DNA of 32,000 bases, from positions 330,001-362,000 of the forward strand of contig OY969902.1 of assembly GCA_963704435.1 (NCBI GenBank). The letters are read 5' to 3'. The translations under genes and the position numbers were made by a program. This DNA comes from an uncultured archaeon. GTDB taxonomy: Archaea; Micrarchaeota; Micrarchaeia; Micrarchaeales; CABMGC01. Of the stretch, positions 9,501 through 17,718 are shown piece by piece (position 1 is the first letter of the stretch; the number at the start of each line of letters is the position of its first letter). The notes below the pieces were generated by a model. The model was not told the DNA's origin, searched no databases, and worked only from the letters and a program-made list of their open reading frames with translations.

Positions 9501-9912
9501 AGGATGGGGCATAGACGACGCCTATACTGCAGGCGCCATCACGATATATTTTTCGGACGGGACAAATAGGCTAAGCACCAGCATCCCTTGCGATCCGGGA
9601 TACAAGCCCACCGATACCCTGAACAGGTGGGCGCAGGTGGTGGTCGTTTTCAACAGGACATCGGGCAAGGCGATCGCATACGTAAATGGGGTGCAGCAAT
9701 CGACGCAGGTCTCCATCGCCGCGGTAACGGGAAACGTGTTTAACTCATATGCTGGAGAGCTCGGGCTCGTCGCCGGCTGGTACCTTAGCGGTTCGATGGC
9801 GGACGTCCAGCTATACAACGCCGCGCTGAACGCTAACCAGATCAAGCAGCTCTACCAGAGCCAGATGCCGCCCAGCGCCAGTGCAGCCGTTCCTTTGAGT
9901 TGGGTCCCATGA
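6562..9912 (+). CDS. Large surface protein with pilin-like class III signal peptide and about four LamG-like domains
   Basis: 'MARSKLQLSIEFMMVFSFVLVVFTFLFALVAT' N-terminus; repeats of 'FNGQSSYI', 'GWWPLNGNANDYSGNGNNG' and 'LYNAALSANQVQQLY' typical of LamG/concanavalin-like modules. ATG at 6562 preferred over 6535. Confidence 0.85.
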   Translation: MARSKLQLSIEFMMVFSFVLVVFTFLFALVATQRAQTLNSQEFEQGQLVAQSVAAQLDRALQAGNGYYAAIPITSALGTLNYKLAITKGGAVVVNTTINKQVTQAISYSSVKQVVSNPSFIPAGLPTNAVSYYLMPIANGTLTIQNSFGTICVDYACPTTSNTATNVSMSEQVVHAANFNGQSSYIQVNNPFSTSWYFYWHYGSANVVAAIVGSTVYSSTTLHPNVWSHVCFTYLSGSGTLNIYANGAPAGSGSATGGSTLSVCAWIYPTSSAIGDITSSEDSTNYALIGARNPTTNLFQGSISNVQIYNIALSSSQVSALYAEGITGSPLAGAGNIGWWPLNGNANDYSGNGNNGNVIESMMYTTVAQLSAKVTNPLGQPLANALVGFTTTLGNLTKGQVAINYTNGNGIATAFLDQQGNSGQALVKATAYNGNTALQGNLVSWYPLNLDQGSTVPDLSGNGNNGAMLYTSWSDPNYVAGFDGQSSYISTFSNNFPTGSSAYSVFAWVYLTSNVPTAIQAIDYYGTQGTSYATRIFSTVGQTLCFFGGSDTFQSTLTVPLNTWTLVGVTYQASSTQVTIYMNGQSQIGTLSGSTALNTPSGTINYVGGNPTYLWWFPGRIANVQMYSTALSANQVQQLYPSGISSPPIAGSGLVGWWPLNGNANDYTSNNNNGAIYGNLNFASTSSIPSPNANATSMFAGGFNGISSQVTVASTAIPNAATLIAWIYPYNVIGESGCSKEASGCISIMGYSPASAEYDLWLYLTNGQLGGTAYSTTYPMLHGGTTITANNWYQVAMTASNTLGTLSLYINGVNVGTNAIVSQGFWTGGNPEIGNLRAGQTTNFNGLISNVQLYNSTLNANQIRTSYSEGIGGLPLTANLIGWWPLNGNANDYSMVGNNGTASNVVYPAIQTMGGGIPTYSLGSYGANFNGQSSYVTFGNSINPGFGSFTVEGWAYATNYTYPRTRIPIGSYTSSGSGLPGWGIDDAYTAGAITIYFSDGTNRLSTSIPCDPGYKPTDTLNRWAQVVVVFNRTSGKAIAYVNGVQQSTQVSIAAVTGNVFNSYAGELGLVAGWYLSGSMADVQLYNAALNANQIKQLYQSQMPPSASAAVPLSWVP

Positions 9913-10448
9913 AGGCGCAGTTCTGGTCTTTCGATGCAATATTCGCGATGGTGATATTCATAGCCGCGCTGGTCCTGCTGACGTTCGTCTGGAACAGCAT
10001 GAGCAACCAGTTCTCTCTCGCGTCCGGATTCGGCGTCGTGAACATGCAGGCCCAGCTGCAGAGCCTGCAGAACAGGATAATCACGCAGGGCGCACCCGCA
10101 AACTGGAACTCTCAGGTCAATGTCTCGAAAATCTCAACGTGGTCAAATGTGAGCATAGGCCTGGGAACAGGCGGAGGATCGTCGCTCTCGGTAAACAAGA
10201 TAATGACCTTTGTGGCGATGTCCGACCACAACAGCACGGCGTACCAGGCCACGAAGCCGCTTCTCGGAGTTGGCTATGATTATTATATCACAATATACGA
10301 AAGCAATGTGACGATTGGATTGGGGATTCCCCCATATGCGCACAGCCCAACAGCAATTCAGGTCGCAAGGCAGTCCGTAGTGGTAAACGGAGCACCTGCG
10401 CAGATGCAGATAATTGTCTGGACGAACAAGACCTTCGGTGTCAGTTGA
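9909..10448 (+). CDS. Membrane-anchored, pseudopilin-like protein (179 aa)
   Basis: ATGA overlap with upstream stop; 'MKAQFWSFDAIFAMVIFIAALVLLTFVWN' N-terminal membrane helix then extracellular-type sequence. Confidence 0.75.
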   Translation: MKAQFWSFDAIFAMVIFIAALVLLTFVWNSMSNQFSLASGFGVVNMQAQLQSLQNRIITQGAPANWNSQVNVSKISTWSNVSIGLGTGGGSSLSVNKIMTFVAMSDHNSTAYQATKPLLGVGYDYYITIYESNVTIGLGIPPYAHSPTAIQVARQSVVVNGAPAQMQIIVWTNKTFGVS

Positions 10449-12604
10449 TGAAAGGCGTGATGTTCACACTCGATGCGCTCTTCGCGCTGCTGATAGCGGC
10501 AGCAGGCATCTCTGTGCTGCTGTACTTCAACTACTATGCGCAGAACCCCTCCACGATTCCATACTCAAATGCGCAGTCAATCCTATATGACTTGCTATCG
10601 ACGCCCGTACAAAGCATCCAGAACAGTAGCGTACTCGCAAAGACCATGGCCAACCAGTTCGCAGGCGCAAATGAGACCTGGGCGCAGCTCATGGGCGGCG
10701 TAGCAAGAAACAGCAGCAATCCCATAGGTCCCATAAGACCGCTCATATCGTCAGTCTTCACGTCCGCCAACCCGATAACGACCGGAGTCGTCGCAGACTA
10801 CGGGAATATCTATTTCGCTTCAGGCAGCGGGCTCTATGCGGTAAACGCTACATCTAACCAGTCAATATGGAGCGTTTATGAAAGCGCTAGCGTCGTATCT
10901 GCCCCTGCGCTGTACCGCGGAACGGTGATATTCGCAACTTCCACGAATCTTATCGCCGTGGATGCGAGAACGGGTTCGACTCTCTGGAGCACAGCGATAT
11001 CTGGATTTACTCCTACTTCTTCAATAGCAGCCTATGACAACAGGGTGCTGTTCGGCGCTACGGACGGTAACGTGCACGCATATTATGCCAATAACGGGAC
11101 AGCCTTGTGGACATATTCTGTTGGGGGCTATCCAACGCTGATAACCGTGGCCTCAGGAAGTTTTGCAGTAAAAACTTCAGCGAACAATATCTTCCTCCTG
11201 TCTCAATTTGGAACTACGGCAAACCAGATCTGGAGCACGACCCCTCCCTCGCCTCCGACCAACGGCCTGGTTAGCGTCGGCAGCGCAATATATTTCGGAA
11301 CGAGCACGACCGCCAATGCGATAGCTATCAATTCTGTGCAGGCTGGCGGGTTTCCGGCGAGCGTGCCATCTGCGACAAGCGGAGTGGCTGCTTACAAAAG
11401 TTATGTAATATATCAAGGAGCTACAACAATCAATGCGCTTTCTACCTCTGGCGCACAGTATTGGAGCTTAAACCCGGTGCCCTCTTATTTCGGCAGCGGA
11501 ATAGCTAACGCAACTCCCGCAGTTTCAGGAAGCATGGTCTACACGCTCTGGGCGAACGGATTGGCGGGGCAGTACCTCAACAACGGAACGGTGGCGTGGT
11601 TCGCTCCGGTTACCGCGACACTCCCGTACATGGCGCTCGCGTACGGCAGGCTCTATGTGGTTTCCGGAAGCCAGGTGATTGCATACGGATCCTGCAACGC
11701 CCCCTTTAACGCGTCGATGCTCACCTCGATAGCCACTCTTACGCTTAATTCGCAATCGGGATGCGCGCTTGCGCTGTCTAACGTTGCGTATCCTGCGGCG
11801 AACTATACTGTGTTCGCGGGCAACGCCTCGAGCCGGAGAATCCAGGTTGCGAACTTCAACGGCGGGACAAGCAACTATGTGATTGCCACCTCCCCATCTG
11901 GATTAACGGGTAGCGGCTCAATCTGCGCATGGTTCTATCCATCTGCATCACAGATGTCTTATGCATACACGATAGGCGACTTTGGGACTTCGGGCACCGA
12001 TACGCATGAACTTGACCTTCTGATAAATGGAGGAATATTTCAGGTTTTGAATGCTGTTGGAGGGACAGAATACGCCCTAACCACGGCCTCTCCCGCATTG
12101 GGAACTTGGCATTTGGGTTGTGCAACCTGGACAGGTTCTAACATGTATCTCTATCTTGACGGAGTCCCTCCTGTTTCTAACGCGTATGGAACTACGGATC
12201 CTCTTGATTGGTCGTCCATCTCCTATATTGGCGCCAGGCCAGGCGCAGGCAACCAGGTATGGCTGGGACAACTATCAAACTTCCAGATCTACGGATCCGC
12301 CCTCTCTGCTAATCAGGTGCAAGCGCTCTACCAGGAGGGCATCTCAGGACCTCCAATCAGCTCGGCCAGCCCCAGAGCGTGGTATCCGCTCGAAGGGGAC
12401 ACGAACGACTATGCAGGATTCAGCTCGGGATATGCGGCTAACGTGAACTTCGTGGCGCAGAACGCGATCTCGCCACACTTCTCGAACGCCTATTCCATAA
12501 GCGAGTCCCGCACCCTGCTGCCGCTGCTGAACTATTCAAGATTGACATATAACGCAATAGGCGCGTACGGAGTCTATCCTGTAGGTGTTTATTCATGGAG
12601 ATGA
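10448..12604 (+). CDS. Membrane-anchored surface protein with PQQ-like beta-propeller repeats and C-terminal LamG-like domain
   Basis: 'MKGVMFTLDALFALLIAAAGISVLLYF' helix; 'SGLYAVNATSNQSIWSVYES', 'NLIAVDARTGSTLWSTAISG', 'GNVHAYYANNGTALWTYSVGG' repeats; later 'VWLGQLSNFQIYGSALSANQVQALYQEGISG'. Confidence 0.82.
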   Translation: MKGVMFTLDALFALLIAAAGISVLLYFNYYAQNPSTIPYSNAQSILYDLLSTPVQSIQNSSVLAKTMANQFAGANETWAQLMGGVARNSSNPIGPIRPLISSVFTSANPITTGVVADYGNIYFASGSGLYAVNATSNQSIWSVYESASVVSAPALYRGTVIFATSTNLIAVDARTGSTLWSTAISGFTPTSSIAAYDNRVLFGATDGNVHAYYANNGTALWTYSVGGYPTLITVASGSFAVKTSANNIFLLSQFGTTANQIWSTTPPSPPTNGLVSVGSAIYFGTSTTANAIAINSVQAGGFPASVPSATSGVAAYKSYVIYQGATTINALSTSGAQYWSLNPVPSYFGSGIANATPAVSGSMVYTLWANGLAGQYLNNGTVAWFAPVTATLPYMALAYGRLYVVSGSQVIAYGSCNAPFNASMLTSIATLTLNSQSGCALALSNVAYPAANYTVFAGNASSRRIQVANFNGGTSNYVIATSPSGLTGSGSICAWFYPSASQMSYAYTIGDFGTSGTDTHELDLLINGGIFQVLNAVGGTEYALTTASPALGTWHLGCATWTGSNMYLYLDGVPPVSNAYGTTDPLDWSSISYIGARPGAGNQVWLGQLSNFQIYGSALSANQVQALYQEGISGPPISSASPRAWYPLEGDTNDYAGFSSGYAANVNFVAQNAISPHFSNAYSISESRTLLPLLNYSRLTYNAIGAYGVYPVGVYSWR

Positions 12605-15195
12605 AGTCAATCCTCAGGAGGTCGCACAAGGCACAGCTAATGACAATACTGGTGCTGGTGCTCTTCATGCTCATGCTGGCTGAGCTGTTCGCGTTCGCTC
12701 TGCTGAACGTGAACTCGAACAGCATGGCGCAGCAGCTCACAGTATCGCTCAGCACGAACAATTACGGCAGCCTTCTTAAGCAGAGCGCGGGAGCATTCGC
12801 GCAGGCGAGCATGTATGGCGCCCTTGCGGCGATAACGAATTACGAATACAGCCCTGCGCTCAGGAAGGGCAACTTCATAGCCAATTTCAGCCAGTACATG
12901 TCGTATCTCATGACGAACGGGATTCTCCCAAACGATGTCTCGGGATATCCGCAGAACGCGATGGGAAATCTCACTCTCGCAAGCTACAACGCTTCCATAT
13001 CAAAGCTCGTGGGTTTCGCCTCGCAGAACGTAATCGTGAACGAGACCGCGCCCAGGATCTTCCAAACGGATCCGTTCCATCTGCGCGTATCATACACGGA
13101 GAACATAGCGATAAACGCGTCAGGAAGCATCTACAGGTATAGCATACCCGTCAACGCGTCGATAAACCTCAACAATACGCCCGACCTCTTCTACGCGCAG
13201 CAGGGCATTCTCAGAACGGTAAAGTTCGCGAGCGCAAGCAATCTGACTTCTGTCGTCTCGGGCTCTTATGCCACTTCGGGCAACACTATCGACTATGCCT
13301 ATGGCACGGTATACGCAATCTCAAGCAGTTCCACGAGCAGCGCCACCTGCTCGGGCGGCTACGTAGCTGGCATGCCCTCCCAGTTCAACTCCGCGCTCGC
13401 GAACTCCCTGATAATATCCACTTACAACGCGTTGAGCCTAAGCTCATGCATAACCAGCTATGGGGGCCTCGTATCCTATATCGCGCCTTCGAGTCTACCG
13501 GCCATGCCTTATCTCACATACTCCTCATCATCAGGAGTCGTGGCGAGCCTGCCCACAGGCATGCACGTCCTGCTCTACGGCCCGGGGATGGACGTGCTGA
13601 ACATAGAGAACCTGAGGAACGCGGTCATGAACGCCAACTACTTCCCTTCGCAGTTCACGCCCTCGTTCATCGACAGGGCGAATGCGAACTTCGCCGACCA
13701 GTCGCCCAACGGCATATTCTCCTTCAACAACTACAACACCCAGATTGCGAGCTTCAACGGCGCCAGCAGTTTCGTGGATGTACCATACAATTCCGTAATC
13801 GAGGGCATGACGAGCAACATCGCCGTGAGTGCATGGGTTAGTACGGCTTCGTCCTCAGCCCAGGTTATCTTCTCGGCGTGGGACGGCACCAACGGCTACC
13901 AGCTATACTCGAATAGTGGCAACGTTATCCTATGGTCCAATGGCGGCGGATCCCTCGTCTCTCCCAAGCGCGTCAACGACGGCAACTGGCACTACATAGT
14001 CGGAGTCTACACCAGCTCCATGAAGTACCTCTATGTGGATGGCGTGCTGGTCGCCAGCGGATCAGGCACACTCTCCGCCTCGACCAAGGATGCGCAGATA
14101 GGCACACAGTGCTCCGGTTCGGGCGGCACTACCTGCAGCGACTTCTTCTCCAACTCCATCGCTAATGTACAGCTATACGGCCTGCCGTTAACGGCGGCGC
14201 AGGTCCAGCAGATCTACCAGGAGGGCATCTCCGGCCTCCCGATAGCCAACGCGGGATTGGTCGGGTGGTGGCCACTCAACGGGAACGCCAACGATTTCTC
14301 TGGCAACAGCAACAACGGTGTGCCAAACTACGTTACATATAGATTGCCCTCAAACTATGCCCGGGACAGCATTCTCGTCGCCAATACGCCAATGGCTCCC
14401 CAGCCGCTCCCAGGAATCCTTTCCTGCACGTCGAACAGCCAGTGCGCGAGCAACAGCCTGCCGATGCTTTACCTCAGCTACATGCCGCTCGCGGTCCAGA
14501 GCGGGATCATGCAGTCAGGGGGATTCAACGGCTGGACCAACTACATAAGCGTGTCTTCCAGCGCTCTGGACACGGGCAGCGCGGTCACGATGGTGGTCTG
14601 GAGCGACCAACTCGGATCAGGGAACCAGGGGACGCGCGGCATAATGTTCTCGCAATATTCGACATATCTGGACGTTTGCTACAGCGGCGCGCCGCTGTTT
14701 GCTGTCGAGAACTTAGGAGGCACCCAGATACTCGCGCAGGGGGGGACCTGCCCTACCGCAGGGGTGTGGAGGCAGTATGTTGGCACCTATGACGGCTCAA
14801 CGATGCGGCTGTACATAAATGGCGTTCAGGTAGGAAGCAATTCCCAGAGCGGCACGCTGGGTCCCGCGGCAGTGAATATCGGGGAATACTACGCCGGCAG
14901 CTACAATTTCAATGGCCTGCTATCGAACGTGCAGCTCTACAACGCAGCCCTGTCCGCGACCCAGGTGAGCAGCCTCTATCAAGAAGGCATCGCGGGCATA
15001 CCGTTAACGGCGAATCTCGTCGGATGGTGGCCGCTCAACGGCAATGCCAACGACTACAGCGGCAACGGGAACAGCGGGGTTCCGGTCAACGGAGTCATCT
15101 ATCCTTACTTCTCGGGAACGTACAACGCCCCGGGCTTGTCGTCCATCGCCACGACGGCGAACGAGTGGCAGGCGCTCGGCCTTGCGAACACGTGA
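12601..15195 (+). CDS. Membrane-anchored surface protein with at least two LamG-like domains
   Basis: N-terminal helix 'HKAQLMTILVLVLFMLMLAELFAFALL'; 'FNGASSFVDVPYNSVIEGMTSNIAVSAWV', 'VGWWPLNGNANDFSGNSNNG', 'VQLYNAALSATQVSSLYQEG'. Start 12601 gives an ATGA overlap (12595 also possible). Confidence 0.82.
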   Translation: MKSILRRSHKAQLMTILVLVLFMLMLAELFAFALLNVNSNSMAQQLTVSLSTNNYGSLLKQSAGAFAQASMYGALAAITNYEYSPALRKGNFIANFSQYMSYLMTNGILPNDVSGYPQNAMGNLTLASYNASISKLVGFASQNVIVNETAPRIFQTDPFHLRVSYTENIAINASGSIYRYSIPVNASINLNNTPDLFYAQQGILRTVKFASASNLTSVVSGSYATSGNTIDYAYGTVYAISSSSTSSATCSGGYVAGMPSQFNSALANSLIISTYNALSLSSCITSYGGLVSYIAPSSLPAMPYLTYSSSSGVVASLPTGMHVLLYGPGMDVLNIENLRNAVMNANYFPSQFTPSFIDRANANFADQSPNGIFSFNNYNTQIASFNGASSFVDVPYNSVIEGMTSNIAVSAWVSTASSSAQVIFSAWDGTNGYQLYSNSGNVILWSNGGGSLVSPKRVNDGNWHYIVGVYTSSMKYLYVDGVLVASGSGTLSASTKDAQIGTQCSGSGGTTCSDFFSNSIANVQLYGLPLTAAQVQQIYQEGISGLPIANAGLVGWWPLNGNANDFSGNSNNGVPNYVTYRLPSNYARDSILVANTPMAPQPLPGILSCTSNSQCASNSLPMLYLSYMPLAVQSGIMQSGGFNGWTNYISVSSSALDTGSAVTMVVWSDQLGSGNQGTRGIMFSQYSTYLDVCYSGAPLFAVENLGGTQILAQGGTCPTAGVWRQYVGTYDGSTMRLYINGVQVGSNSQSGTLGPAAVNIGEYYAGSYNFNGLLSNVQLYNAALSATQVSSLYQEGIAGIPLTANLVGWWPLNGNANDYSGNGNSGVPVNGVIYPYFSGTYNAPGLSSIATTANEWQALGLANT

Positions 15196-15231
15196 GCTTT
15201 ACCGAGCTGCACCCCCTTCCGCCTCTCGGGA

Positions 15232-16233
15232 TCATGCTCCGCTGACGCTGGTGAATATCCCGCCTATCACCACGCTGACCACGAAGAACACCACTATCCC
15301 TATCACCAGGAACGCGGGCAGGTACCTGAGACCCTTCAGCACCGACCCCGTGGATATGGCGCTGACTATGAACGACCCGAAACCGGATATCAGCAGCACG
15401 GCTGCGATGGAGAAATCATAGTACTCGCTAGTGGTTATCTGCGGAGGGCTGGGCTTGAGGAAAGAGATGCCCTGCGTCGGAAGGCCTCCGGGGTTCTGCC
15501 TCAGTATCCCCGCCCATACCGAGTTGGTCATCGTGATCATCTGGGAGGTAAGCGCGTAGAGCACGGGCGTTCCTATTATCGTCGCGAACGCTATGAAGAT
15601 GGTGTACATGAAAAGCTGTCCTGATATCTCCTTGCCCACCATGGCCTGATTCCTCATGTCCTTCGAGAGCTGGTTCAGGAGGTCGGTCATGCCTCCGCCG
15701 TACTGTATGCCCTCGATCATGAGCCTGACCGTGTGCTGCAGCTGCACCGACCGGTAGGTCCTGGACAGGTTTATCAGCGCGCTCTGCAGGGTGGCGCCGG
15801 CGTACAGGTCCTTGTTCATCTCCTTGACGTCGTCGCTGAAATAGCCGAAGTCCGGCCTCGCGGCCAGCAGCATGGACTTGTCCAGGGCGACACCGCTCCT
15901 TACGTTGGCTGCGGTCAGCTGCAGGTAGTCCGGCAGCACCGTCTCCACGAAGTTCTTCCTCTGCTCTATCCGGAACTCAAGGATGGCGTATATGATGATC
16001 TCGTACGCCGCTGCCGCGATGAATGCGGCGAGCGCGGCAAGGCCGGCGTTGAGCTTCATGATCAGGACGAGAGCGAAAGGCATGGCTGCGAATATCCCCA
16101 GCCCGCCGATTATCGCGATCTGGAGGAACCGGTTGAGGTCCATCTTTATCCCGGAGAGCTTCAGCTCCCTGGACAGCACGGTACCCAGGCTCCTCGATAC
16201 GAGCTTCTCGAAATCTATCTTCATCCGATTCAC
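15232..16233 (-). CDS. Type II/IV secretion or pilus platform protein (TadC/ArlJ/GspF-like)
   Basis: 'LPDYLQLTAANVRSGVALDKSMLLAARPDFGYFSDDVKEMNKDLYAGATLQSALINLSRTYRSVQLQHTVRLMIEGIQYGGGMTDLL' plus several membrane helices. Confidence 0.85.
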   Translation of the reverse strand: MNRMKIDFEKLVSRSLGTVLSRELKLSGIKMDLNRFLQIAIIGGLGIFAAMPFALVLIMKLNAGLAALAAFIAAAAYEIIIYAILEFRIEQRKNFVETVLPDYLQLTAANVRSGVALDKSMLLAARPDFGYFSDDVKEMNKDLYAGATLQSALINLSRTYRSVQLQHTVRLMIEGIQYGGGMTDLLNQLSKDMRNQAMVGKEISGQLFMYTIFIAFATIIGTPVLYALTSQMITMTNSVWAGILRQNPGGLPTQGISFLKPSPPQITTSEYYDFSIAAVLLISGFGSFIVSAISTGSVLKGLRYLPAFLVIGIVVFFVVSVVIGGIFTSVSGA

Positions 16234-17666
16234 ATCGCGAAAGTGGGCCTCGACGACCTCACTATGTTAAGGAATATTATCTGCAGGAAGGTTATGCCCA
16301 CGAGCACCATCAGGAGCGTCGATACGTTTATGGTGAACAGGTTGACGAAAGTCGTGAGTATCGCGGCTATCGCTATCCCCATGCTCGGGAATATGACTCC
16401 GAAGAGCATGTAGAACATGGCGAGCGCGTTGAGCCTCTGCCCGTAGCGCCTCATGTCTATGACCCTCTCCTGCGACGCCTCCTCCACCACGCCCTGGAGC
16501 GCGTCCACCACGTCGGCCCCTGCCTTGAGGCTGACGCTCGCCTGGAGCATCACCCTCTTGAACGTCTTGGACTTGCTCTTGCTGCTGACGTCGTCTATCG
16601 CCTGCTCTATCGGGGAACCGACCTGCACCAGCTCAACAACCTTCGCGAACTCCTTGCTCGCGGCGCCGTAGCCTGTGCTCACCGCGGCCATGGCGTTGAA
16701 CAGCGGCATCCCGGACCTCATGCTTATGACCATGTCCCTCGCTGCGAAGAGGATGTCGCGCTCTATCTCATTGCCGATTATGGTGCTCCGGTCGATAGGG
16801 TACCTTATGAACTTGTTGAAGAGCGCGGGATAGCTTGCTCCTCCAAGGAGCACTGCGAGCAGGATCGGCACGGCTGGCTCAAAGGGAAAGAACTGCAATA
16901 GCAACATGGCGACGGCCACTGTTATCACCGCGACGATGATCATGGTGTTTATGAACATCTTCTTGACGAAGGCGTACGGGGATTCCTTTATTCCCTGCGC
17001 CCTGAGTGCCGCCTCAAGGTCCTTGTGCTTCGCGGCGACGCTGGCGAAGTATATCTGGATGCTTCCGGGCCTCTTGTATCCGGGCTTCGCCGCGGGCCCC
17101 TGCGCTCCGGGAGCGGCCGGGCGGGCCTGCGCGGTAGCTGCCTGGGCCGCGGGCTTCCTTGCCGGGCCGAACGGCTCGAACTTCCTGACTGGCGCCGGCT
17201 CCGGCCGCGCGCTGAAGACCGGCTTCATCTCGGGCAAGGTGGTCTTCTTCGGACCGAAAAGCGAAAGCGGCTTCTTGGGAGGGGGCGCGGCGGCTGGCTT
17301 TGCCTCCGGGAGCGGCTTCATCTCCGGAAGCCGCGTCTTCTTTGGCCCGAAGAGGGAGAACGGCTTGCTCGGCGAAGGCGGAACGGCCGGCCTTGCGACC
17401 GGAATCGGCTTGGCCGCTGGCGGCTTGGGCTCCTTTGGCTTGAAAAGCGTGAACTTCTTTGGAGGAGACGCTGGCGCGGGTGCCTTCCAGATTGGCGCGG
17501 GCTTCGGCGGCGTTGCAGCCATCGGCGCACCTGCCTGCTTGCTCCCGAATATTGGCTTGGCCCTTACCTTGAAGAACCCGATCTTCTTCGGTTTGGTGAA
17601 TCCGACGACGTTACCCGTCCCCGCTTCGGTGCCCTTAGCGCTTTCCTTCCTCTTGAAAAGGACCAT
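16230..17666 (-). CDS. Second pilus platform protein (TadC/ArlJ/GspF-like) with long Pro/Lys-rich N-terminal tail
   Basis: 'ERDILFAARDMVISMRSGMPLFNAMAAVSTGYGAASKEFAKVVELVQVGSPIEQAIDDVSSKSKSKTFKRVMLQASVSLKAGADVVDAL'; tail carries repeated 'SLFGPKKTxLPEMKP'; overlaps the downstream gene by 4 nt. Confidence 0.85.
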   Translation of the reverse strand: MVLFKRKESAKGTEAGTGNVVGFTKPKKIGFFKVRAKPIFGSKQAGAPMAATPPKPAPIWKAPAPASPPKKFTLFKPKEPKPPAAKPIPVARPAVPPSPSKPFSLFGPKKTRLPEMKPLPEAKPAAAPPPKKPLSLFGPKKTTLPEMKPVFSARPEPAPVRKFEPFGPARKPAAQAATAQARPAAPGAQGPAAKPGYKRPGSIQIYFASVAAKHKDLEAALRAQGIKESPYAFVKKMFINTMIIVAVITVAVAMLLLQFFPFEPAVPILLAVLLGGASYPALFNKFIRYPIDRSTIIGNEIERDILFAARDMVISMRSGMPLFNAMAAVSTGYGAASKEFAKVVELVQVGSPIEQAIDDVSSKSKSKTFKRVMLQASVSLKAGADVVDALQGVVEEASQERVIDMRRYGQRLNALAMFYMLFGVIFPSMGIAIAAILTTFVNLFTINVSTLLMVLVGITFLQIIFLNIVRSSRPTFAM

Positions 17667-17718
17667 CGGAATCAAGCATTACTTAGTCGCAAACATTTTT
17701 ATAGGCGCGTCGGCAATG

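Noticed and set aside
7573-15077. Recurring 56-bp sequences considered as a CRISPR array or dispersed mobile repeat
   Set aside because: They are in frame, irregularly spaced by hundreds to thousands of bases, and encode LamG linker motifs; no spacers or cas genes.
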